DNA from: a virus
IMG/VR virus record: IMGVR_UViG_3300031718_000006
Span: 3,494-67,493 of that record
Reading direction: 5' to 3' (one strand)
Length of the DNA stretch: 64,000 nt
Under the pieces are notes generated by a model. That model did not search any database, had not been told where the DNA came from, and was given only the letters and a program-made list of their open reading frames with translations. Positions 27,279 to 33,778 of the stretch are shown here, in pieces; position 1 is the first letter of the stretch, and each line of letters begins with the position of its first letter. Position numbers and translations under genes: made by a program.

Positions 27279-27693
27279 CGCCTACACATCCCGCCGTTAT
27301 GCAATCGTGGTGCTCCAAGTGTGGCCGCTTCGCCTTCAACGGCCTTACTCCGCGAAGGTCTTGTAGCCGCACAATGAAATACTCCCCATCTGGGAAGTCT
27401 TGGTCTTTTGAGACTTCGTACTTCTCCGCCGTGTGCTCTCCGTAGCGCACAATGTCTCCAACTTTGATAAACCGCTCCATCGGGAACCACTGATTGCCGA
27501 GCACCACTCCGTCGCCAGCGCAAACCACTGTTCCAATGGCCTCCGGTTCGCGGTATTTATCAGGAATGGCAAACGCGCTCGGCTCCCGCACAGATTCAAT
27601 CCGCCGCAGCAAAAGCCTGTCTAGAATGGTTTTAAATGGTTCGTACTCTTGAACTTCTCGGGATGGGCGCAGATCGACTACTTCAGGTTCCAT
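27265..27693 (-). CDS. groES: co-chaperonin GroES
   Basis: DRLLLRR, GTVVCAGDG, IKVGDIVRY, YFIVRLQDLRG; directly upstream of groEL. Confidence 0.9.
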   Translation of the reverse strand: MEPEVVDLRPSREVQEYEPFKTILDRLLLRRIESVREPSAFAIPDKYREPEAIGTVVCAGDGVVLGNQWFPMERFIKVGDIVRYGEHTAEKYEVSKDQDFPDGEYFIVRLQDLRGVRPLKAKRPHLEHHDCITAGCVGGDHA

Positions 27694-27720
27694 TGAGACT
27701 CCTTTTTCGGATGAATTATA

Positions 27721-27746
27721 CCCCGACTGCCATAAGACAATCGGGG
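27721..27746 (-). terminator. hairpin after Ro60
   Basis: CCCCGA/TCGGGG inverted repeat; weak U tract. Confidence 0.4.
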
Positions 27747-27753
27747 CATTGGT

Positions 27754-29091
27754 TTACTTTTCGATTTCACGGATGAAGTCTACGCACGCCTCACTCCAGC
27801 CGTCGATATGCGTCCATTTCCCGTAGCCGATCCCGTTCTGATAGGGAGCGACGTTGATGAAGTATCCCTTACCGCTCGACAGAGGGATTCCAGAGCCATC
27901 CGCAGCCTGTTCATCCGTAATCACGACTAAGCGGTCATAGCGTTCTCGCTGGTTAATGAGATCAACCGCCTGCCGCGTGCAAGTGCTCGAATGTGGCTGA
28001 CTGTTCACGATAGCGTCCCGCAAGGCAAACCCTCGCCGCGAGGGAATCAGCACAGCCTTGTCGCTGAAGGTGTAAACCACGGCCTCTTGGCATACCTCCC
28101 GCAGCAACATTGCCACTCCGCAAGCGGCGTCCATTCGGGAAATCTCGGACTTGCCAGACACCGCACCACTCATCGAGCCTGAGACATCCAACAGTAGTAC
28201 CGTCTTGCCGCCGATATTCTCCTGCTCTCCGAGGCACTTCAGCATCGCCTGCTCCAACTCAGGTTCTAGCTTAGGAGCGTAACGCGCCGCCGAGATGAAG
28301 CGAAACGGCAATACCCGATCCACTTTCATCTTCAGTAATCCTTCGCGGATAGCATCCATTGAAACTCCCGCCTCCTGCATGTTCCGCAGATTGCGAAGCA
28401 GCGCCAAGGCTCCGAGTTTGTTCTCCGCCAGCAAACCTTCCCAATGGGCCTTTTTGTCCTCTTCGGACTTTTTGCCTTCACCCGCCGAGAGCTTAACCTC
28501 CCAAGTCTCCGGTGCAGGCAAAGTCCCATCAACCAACTGCTTCCAGACGGCCTCCTGCTCTTTGTTCTTGGGTTTGGCGTGGCAGAGAAACAGTACGTCC
28601 CGCAACTTCACCGCATTGTCGCGGTTGTACTTCGCCAAGTCGTATGCCGAGAACTTCTGAAACGCCGAAGCCAGTCCCTTTTTGACCTGCGCCGAAAGGG
28701 TCTTTTTCCCTGGCTGGTCTTTCCAGTAAAGCGCAACAAACTCAGAAAGTTCGTCGGCCCGTTGAATGACAGCCGCCAAAGTCTCCGATACAAGTCCGGC
28801 CTCTGCATCTTTTCGCCGTGCCAGTTCCCGCACAAGAAATAACGGCATGTGGCGAAGTTTCTGCTTCTCTCGGCACTCAACTGCAAGTAGAGCGATCTTT
28901 TCGGCTGAGACGTTCTTAGTCGCCTCAAGGATGGATTCCGCAATCGACTTGCCGTCAACGTAGAACGTATCTTCAAACAGCATGGTTGAGAGTGTCAGGC
29001 GCCGAAGCTGTAGCTCGGAGTTGATCCGAGTAGCGACTGCGCCTTCATGGGTTAATACTGGAGTGGATTTGACTTTCAGGTTGGAACGCAT
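27754..29091 (-). CDS. rsr: Ro60/TROVE RNA-binding protein with vWA domain
   Basis: THEGA, LFEDTFY, YDLAKY, LRDVLFLCH, ETWE, ALLRNLRN, LPFRF, MIDAS motif DVSGSM, VITDEQ. Confidence 0.96.
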   Translation of the reverse strand: MRSNLKVKSTPVLTHEGAVATRINSELQLRRLTLSTMLFEDTFYVDGKSIAESILEATKNVSAEKIALLAVECREKQKLRHMPLFLVRELARRKDAEAGLVSETLAAVIQRADELSEFVALYWKDQPGKKTLSAQVKKGLASAFQKFSAYDLAKYNRDNAVKLRDVLFLCHAKPKNKEQEAVWKQLVDGTLPAPETWEVKLSAGEGKKSEEDKKAHWEGLLAENKLGALALLRNLRNMQEAGVSMDAIREGLLKMKVDRVLPFRFISAARYAPKLEPELEQAMLKCLGEQENIGGKTVLLLDVSGSMSGAVSGKSEISRMDAACGVAMLLREVCQEAVVYTFSDKAVLIPSRRGFALRDAIVNSQPHSSTCTRQAVDLINQRERYDRLVVITDEQAADGSGIPLSSGKGYFINVAPYQNGIGYGKWTHIDGWSEACVDFIREIEK

Positions 29092-29128
29092 ACTACCTCC
29101 GCCAAAGGCTGGTTGCCTTGGAATTTTG

Positions 29129-29266
29129 TGCCGGGAATAAACGATGCAGGTGCTTTTATGGCTTCTGCTCTACCAGTTGAGCTACTGTCCAATTTCTAAG
29201 GTTGGGCAGGATGGACTCGAACCATCATCCAAAGCTCCCGAAGTATCCCACATCTTCGCCACGGCA
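29129..29266 (-). ncRNA. yrlA: Y RNA, YrlA-type with permuted tRNA-like domain
   Basis: Ends pair (UGCCG/CGGCA); T-arm GGUUCGAGUCC precedes D-arm AGCUCAACUGGUAGAGC; adjacent to Ro60. Confidence 0.88.
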
Positions 29267-29273
29267 ACTTTGA

Positions 29274-29354
29274 TCTCGGGGAACACGCGACAAGGGGTCT
29301 GGGCTTTCGCCCGTTCATAGGCAATGAAGGAACCCTCGTCTATCGCCACCGAGA
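29274..29354 (-). ncRNA. Y RNA-like element 2 (no tRNA module)
   Basis: UCUCG-GUGGCGAUAG...CGCGUGUUCCC-CGAGA; shares the terminal-stem motif of the YrlA copy. Confidence 0.75.
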
Positions 29355-29360
29355 ACTTTA

Positions 29361-29429
29361 ATCCAGGGAACAAGCGCCAAGAGAGAGTTTTCATTTCGAG
29401 TGAAGTATCTCTCAGCTACGCCACCGGAA
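29361..29429 (-). ncRNA. Y RNA-like element 1 (minimal)
   Basis: UCCG-GUGGCGUAG-CUGAGAGAUACUUC...CGCUUGUUCCC-UGGA; same motif. Confidence 0.75.
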
Positions 29430-29431
29430 TC

Positions 29432-29587
29432 TTATGTCTTATTGCGGGCGTCAATCGCTTCTTTGACCAAGGCCGTCAGCATATTCGCCACACTCGGCCT
29501 AGTCTCCTTTTTCGCCAGTTCCGCAGCCATGCGGTAATAATCCAGCGGAAGCCTTACAAACGTCACCCGCGTACTCTGTTTCGCCAC
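29432..29587 (-). CDS. ribbon-helix-helix regulator (Arc/CopG-like)
   Basis: TFVRLPLDYYRMAAELAKKETRPSVANMLTALVKEAI; GTG start 7 nt after the -10 box. Confidence 0.8.
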   Translation of the reverse strand: MAKQSTRVTFVRLPLDYYRMAAELAKKETRPSVANMLTALVKEAIDARNKT

Positions 29588-29594
29588 GCCTGCA

Positions 29595-29623
29595 AATTTA
29601 CAACGAAGTGACAGGGTTGTCAA
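29595..29623 (-). promoter_or_regulatory. sigma70 promoter with palindromic operator
   Basis: TTGACA-N17-TAAATT; TGACA-N4-TGTCA at 29609-29622. Confidence 0.75.
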
Positions 29624-30182
29624 GGTTTATTACATCGTATGATTTTAGATACGCCAGCGCCCGCTCTGCCCATGTGCCTGAGTGGGCAATATATTCGCCT
29701 TCGGCTAGGAACATCTCGAATTGCCCTAGCCTATGATTGCACCTTAAGCACAAAAGACCACGGACGCACTTGCCGCAAGATTTACGTTTATGGCCCGGAC
29801 AACAAATATGGCTGTGGTCGATACAGAGGCGAATGTACTTTTTGCTGCATACCGTCGCAGGGCACAGAGCGCAATGAAGCCCTTGCTGTTCAAGTTTGGC
29901 AGCATACCAGCCCCTAGGGACTCGATACTTGAGCGCATTGCCGTCTTTTTTGTATAGCTCCAAATCTCGTAGACGTGCTCCGGATCGGCAAATTTTGCAT
30001 CCCTTGTCGAATCCTGATGGTTGTTCAAATTGTTTGTGCCAACCGCACCACTTAAACCCCTTGCGGCGATAAGCGATCTGTTCTTCTTTGGAAAATCCGT
30101 ACTGATAGAGCTTGCTATTGAAGAGATGGGGTACGCCCTTGCCAGCGCGACCCCCGATTGCATTGGTGATTCGATTCGCCAT
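29598..30182 (-). CDS. Endonuclease VII-like His-Me finger (homing) endonuclease
   Basis: QQGLHCALC...IDHSH...VRGLLCLRCNHRLG. Confidence 0.88.
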   Translation of the reverse strand: MANRITNAIGGRAGKGVPHLFNSKLYQYGFSKEEQIAYRRKGFKWCGWHKQFEQPSGFDKGCKICRSGARLRDLELYKKDGNALKYRVPRGWYAAKLEQQGLHCALCPATVCSKKYIRLCIDHSHICCPGHKRKSCGKCVRGLLCLRCNHRLGQFEMFLAEGEYIAHSGTWAERALAYLKSYDVINLDNPVTSL

Positions 30183-30244
30183 TTGAGACTCCTTTGTATT
30201 TGGTGTATTTATGATACCAGAACATGGAGATATAGCAAGCAAGA

Positions 30245-30270
30245 AAAATCCCCGACTCGCGCCGGGGATT
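30245..30270 (-). terminator. intrinsic terminator after the capsid gene
   Basis: AAUCCCCG/CGGGGAUU followed by U-rich run. Confidence 0.75.
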
Positions 30271-30297
30271 AAAGTCAGCTAAATTGTTTATTTACAA

Positions 30298-31665
30298 CTA
30301 GATGACCGGCTGTGTTGCATTAGAAATATAAATCCCAGACCGGGGGGCACTATCAACTAAGTTCCACGATGATACATAAGCGAACATGTGAGAACTTAGG
30401 TAACTGTTACTCCCAGAAGGAGATACAGGGATATCGGGTACGGGCACCACGATCTGGCCTCCACCGAAATCGTACAATTCCAGCGGAGCGAGTTCGCCCA
30501 TGTACCAGTTGTCCATGACGAGGCCGTCGATGCGACCGGGGGTAGCAGTCCAAGAGATGTGGAGTTTGCGACCGCCGAACTCATCCTGAAAGTTTTTGTA
30601 GGCCATGTCCTGCGTGGCTTCGCCTTTGACGTTTTCGCGGAGGGCGAATTGCACGTTGTACTGGAGGTTAGCCATTGAGTAGCCTTGATCTGGCCCGGTG
30701 TACCAGATCATGGACTTCTCGGCTTCGGAATCTGGCCCGAGAGCGCGACCCAAAAGGGTTCTAGCGCGGGGGGCAAGTCCGGGGGTTACAGGGGCGTTGA
30801 GGTTGATGGTAGGGGTGCTCAAACGTCCGGGGTAAGTGGCGCGGTTCAATCCGCCAATGGTTCCGGTGTTTGAGTTAACCTGCCAAGCCTTAATGCCTAA
30901 GATTGAAGCAGATGCGGCGGCGTTGGTGGTATTGGAGTTGTAAATGAACAGGTAATCGCCAGTCTGAGTTGCTCCGCCGGATGAAGGCAGTACAGTGGAG
31001 GAGTAAATCGTCTGCGATACCGGATCAATGTAGCTGATGGTGAACGATCCGCGAGGCGAGGCGGAGGTTTCTGATGGGTAAACGGTAACGTTCTGCTGAT
31101 CGGAGAACGCAGCCGCAATATTCAGGCCGACAATGGACGAAAATGAAGGCCCAGCCGCTCCGGTTCCGCTGTTGACGGTTGCGGTCGAAGGAATCTGGTC
31201 AATCATGCCGGAACCGTCGGAATTTACTAAACCCTCAAGTCCCTGCATGGCGGAGTCCAGAGAGTTCTTCATTTCCTGCGCTTTGACTTCAAGCAGGCCG
31301 CGTTCTTTGCCATTAGTCGCCTGCTGTGCCAGCCATGAGATTTCGCAGACCGAGTAAGTGAATACCGGCGCGACGGCGAACGATGCCCACTGAGAACCAC
31401 TGCCGCGACCCAAAGAATCGGCGTTGCCAGTTCCTTGGTTCAGGGCCGCACCGCTCTGCACGCGGAACGGTACACGGAACGGAGCACGCGCCGTTCCGCC
31501 AGCCGATGTCTCGTTGGCGATCTTGACGCTATGCGCCATCTTTTTGAACAACGAATAACCCGTTGTTCCCTTCCAGATTAAGTCTGGGATTTTCTCACTG
31601 AAGCTTTCAATTTCTACGGATTCTACTGCCGATTCCAAAAGTGGGTTCGCTGAAGCGATAGCCAT
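30298..31665 (-). CDS. major capsid protein
   Basis: 455 aa; follows portal and scaffold; ILGIKAW...IGGLNRATY, C-terminal PRSGIYISN; strong terminator. Confidence 0.8.
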   Translation of the reverse strand: MAIASANPLLESAVESVEIESFSEKIPDLIWKGTTGYSLFKKMAHSVKIANETSAGGTARAPFRVPFRVQSGAALNQGTGNADSLGRGSGSQWASFAVAPVFTYSVCEISWLAQQATNGKERGLLEVKAQEMKNSLDSAMQGLEGLVNSDGSGMIDQIPSTATVNSGTGAAGPSFSSIVGLNIAAAFSDQQNVTVYPSETSASPRGSFTISYIDPVSQTIYSSTVLPSSGGATQTGDYLFIYNSNTTNAAASASILGIKAWQVNSNTGTIGGLNRATYPGRLSTPTINLNAPVTPGLAPRARTLLGRALGPDSEAEKSMIWYTGPDQGYSMANLQYNVQFALRENVKGEATQDMAYKNFQDEFGGRKLHISWTATPGRIDGLVMDNWYMGELAPLELYDFGGGQIVVPVPDIPVSPSGSNSYLSSHMFAYVSSWNLVDSAPRSGIYISNATQPVI

Positions 31666-31820
31666 AGAGATTCCTTTGATTTCGAGCTAGGCTTCGATTG
31701 TGAGACGCAACCGACCCTGCGTGGAGACCCCTGTTACTTCAAAGGAACCGTTTCAAAGGCGCTTAGTTTTTAGGAGGCTCGACTCCCATCTACTTTGGTT
31801 CTATATAGGAATTGAGAAAC

Positions 31821-31905
31821 TGGCGGAGAGTGAAGGAATCGAACCCTCATCCTTGCGGGAGCGGCGGTTTTCAAGACCGTTTGCCAACCTTTGGCCGCAC
31901 TCTCC
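31821..31905 (-). tRNA. tRNA-Ser(UGA)
   Basis: Acceptor GGAGAGU/ACUCUCC-G-CCA; loop CU-UGA-AA; long variable arm; T-loop UUCGAUU. Confidence 0.9.
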
Positions 31906-31911
31906 GAAATC

Positions 31912-31986
31912 TGGTCGGGATGGCAGGAGTTGAACCTGCGTGGACATGTTCCCAAGACATGTGGGTGGCCGCTACCCTACATCCCG
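31912..31986 (-). tRNA. tRNA-Pro(UGG)
   Basis: CGGGAUG/CAUCCCG-A-CCA; CAUGU-CUUGGGA-ACAUG. Confidence 0.93.
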
Positions 31987-31990
31987 ACTC

Positions 31991-32065
31991 TGGTGGACAC
32001 AGAGAGAATCGAACTCTCAACTCTCGGGTGCAAACCGAGCGTTTTCCCGTTAGAACTACGCGCCC
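31991..32065 (-). tRNA. tRNA-Ala(UGC)
   Basis: G3:U70; CUCGG-UUUGCAC-CCGAG; ACCA end. Confidence 0.93.
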
Positions 32066-32071
32066 AAAACT

Positions 32072-32147
32072 TGGAGCCAGCGGAGATAATCGAAACCCCA
32101 CGCGTCCGCTTACAGGGCGGTTGCTCTTCCACTTGAGCTACGCTGGC
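32072..32147 (-). tRNA. tRNA-Thr(UGU), atypical (C33, U53-A61)
   Basis: GCCAGCG/CGCUGGC-U-CCA; anticodon loop CC-UGU-AA. Confidence 0.85.
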
Positions 32148-32177
32148 AATAAAAAAGCCCCCGATTTCTCGGAGGCT
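32148..32177 (-). terminator. attenuator terminator (3:4 hairpin) immediately before the tRNA array
   Basis: AGCCUCCGA-GAAA-UCGGGGGCU-UUUUU. Confidence 0.88.
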
Positions 32178-32199
32178 GTCTTGTGTCTGCTAAACAAGC

Positions 32200-32265
32200 T
32201 TACACGGACATACCCCCGCCTGTCGCTGGCGTTGAGGATGTCGGTGTCGATGAAAGATGAATCAT
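32200..32265 (-). CDS. attenuator leader peptide MIHLSSTPTSSTPATGGGMSV (may start at GTG 32277)
   Basis: Codons TCA TCG ACA CCG ACA TCC TCA ACG CCA GCG ACA; overlaps alternative hairpins. Confidence 0.8.
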   Translation of the reverse strand: MIHLSSTPTSSTPATGGGMSV

Positions 32266-32283
32266 TGGCGCGGCCACTCGGAA

Positions 32284-32315
32284 AGTCTACTCGCTTAGAA
32301 TAACATCGCTGTCAA
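32284..32315 (-). promoter_or_regulatory. candidate promoter/operator of the leader-tRNA unit
   Basis: TTGACA at 32310-32315; TGtTATTCT and TAGACT -10 candidates (spacing non-canonical); TAACA-N4-TGTCA. Confidence 0.55.
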
Positions 32316-32319
32316 GCCC

Positions 32320-32391
32320 TCACCGCAGCGCCCGCGCAAGCAACTGGATGAAGACGAAAAGCAGCAGGATTTTCAATACCGCGCAGATCAA
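32320..32391 (-). CDS. 23-aa hydrophobic peptide, putative
   Basis: MICAVLKILLLFVFIQLLARALR; TTG start overlaps the scaffold stop. Confidence 0.35.
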   Translation of the reverse strand: MICAVLKILLLFVFIQLLARALR

Positions 32392-33713
32392 CGAGGCTTG
32401 TTACCCCACGAAACATAGCGCCCGTTTCTGAGGTAGGCTCGGCCTGCAATGAACTCGGTATCGCTGGTCTTCTGCCAGTCGATTTCGTTGCGGTCAGGCT
32501 TTGAACTCGTGTATTGCGGCTTCACTCCGGCAGGTGCGGGTGCTCCCGGCTTTGGTGCTCCGGGTTTCGGCGTAGGTTTTGCTCCGCCCTTGAGGTAATT
32601 CGGGTAGCGTGTCTCGATCATGGATTTCACGATCCGAGCGGCCATCGTTTTGACCTTCGAGGCGTGATATTGCTGGATTTTGTTCTTGTCGGGGTTCTTT
32701 ACCGCAAAGAAGGCATCCATTTGCGACTGATAGCTCTTGTCGGCTTCCAACTCAGAGAAAAGACGGCTCTTAATCCCCCTAGCGAGGTCTTGTTTGCCTT
32801 CAAGTGAGAGTTGATTGAAAAAAGTCTTGTAATTTTTGAAGTATTTGCCGAGTTCTGTACCCAGTTCGCGGTTGTTATCGCCTTCGCAAGCTGTTGCTAT
32901 GCCAGTTTGGAACTCTTTCTGCTTGGTAGTCTGGAATTCTGTGCGTTCTTTTTCGAAAGCCTGCCGCTCAGGGTCGAGTTTGTCCTTGTCCGATGACTTG
33001 ACGCTGTTTTCCAGGTTGCCGAACCAGTCCGTCATCTCCTGAAGTAAGGCTTTTGCAGTATCAAGATCAGGCTTTTCGCCGCTAAGTGACTTCGCAAGCG
33101 CCCCTAAGACTTTCGGCAGCCCGACTTCCACCATGCCTTGGTAGAAATGCGGCTTCATGGTCTCGTAATAGGCTTTTTGGTCAACCTCGCGCAGGTCTTC
33201 AAGATAGGGGCCAGCCAACTTAGCAAAAGCTTCTGGATGGCCATTCGATTTCATGTCCTCATAAAGACTTCTCAGGACGCTGCGGTCGCCCGCATAGAGA
33301 GCATTATCGGTTTCGTTGACTGATTTGATTGTGGATTGAAGCTGGGATAGCCCTTCTGCCCCTCCCACAGCCTCTAGGAGCGCCTTGCTCTCCCTAGCTG
33401 CCGCTACGGTAGGGAATTCGGCCTTGTACGCCGTATAGCGCCCGTATGCGTTGTTTAACTCCCTTGCGATTGGAGCATTCTTAGGGTCTGAATCGCGGAA
33501 ATTCTTGAGTGCGGAGCGGATCGCGGCGGGATTCGTCCGTCCATCGACAGGTTTATCGCCGGGAGTTTCAGTTTCCGGTTCCGCAGCAGGTTCGTCAAGT
33601 TCCGTAGGACTTTCGGTGACTTCTTCCGCCGGAGTTTCAACAGGGGTTTCAGTTGGGGTTTCAGTAACCGGAGCAGCAATATCCATCAATGCAGAAACAT
33701 CACCAGCGGCCAT
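32388..33713 (-). CDS. capsid scaffolding protein, putative
   Basis: Acidic Pro/Glu N-terminus, helical core, between portal and capsid genes. Confidence 0.7.
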   Translation of the reverse strand: MAAGDVSALMDIAAPVTETPTETPVETPAEEVTESPTELDEPAAEPETETPGDKPVDGRTNPAAIRSALKNFRDSDPKNAPIARELNNAYGRYTAYKAEFPTVAAARESKALLEAVGGAEGLSQLQSTIKSVNETDNALYAGDRSVLRSLYEDMKSNGHPEAFAKLAGPYLEDLREVDQKAYYETMKPHFYQGMVEVGLPKVLGALAKSLSGEKPDLDTAKALLQEMTDWFGNLENSVKSSDKDKLDPERQAFEKERTEFQTTKQKEFQTGIATACEGDNNRELGTELGKYFKNYKTFFNQLSLEGKQDLARGIKSRLFSELEADKSYQSQMDAFFAVKNPDKNKIQQYHASKVKTMAARIVKSMIETRYPNYLKGGAKPTPKPGAPKPGAPAPAGVKPQYTSSKPDRNEIDWQKTSDTEFIAGRAYLRNGRYVSWGNKPR

Positions 33714-33778
33714 CAGTGAGACTCCTAACGGGCAAGCCCGTGAATTAGCGATACCCTGCTAATAGAGAGTCGTAAAAC

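Noticed and set aside
27694-27753. CIRCE heat-shock operator before groES
   Set aside because: No TTAGCACTC-N9-GAGTGCTAA is present.
29160-29230. tRNA-like D- and T-arms as a fifth tRNA
   Set aside because: The arms are in permuted order with no anticodon arm or CCA; this is the YrlA module.
29129-29429. Y RNA units as a mini-CRISPR or simple tandem repeat
   Set aside because: Units differ in length and conserve end-to-end pairing rather than repeat-spacer structure.
32107-32120. Reading the last tRNA as Tyr(GUA) to restore U33
   Set aside because: The stem register centres UGU in a 7-nt loop; there is no long variable arm and the acceptor stem is Thr-like.
31700-32303. ORF-track proteins over the tRNA cluster
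   Set aside because: They are shadows of tRNA genes and the attenuator, with no protein features.
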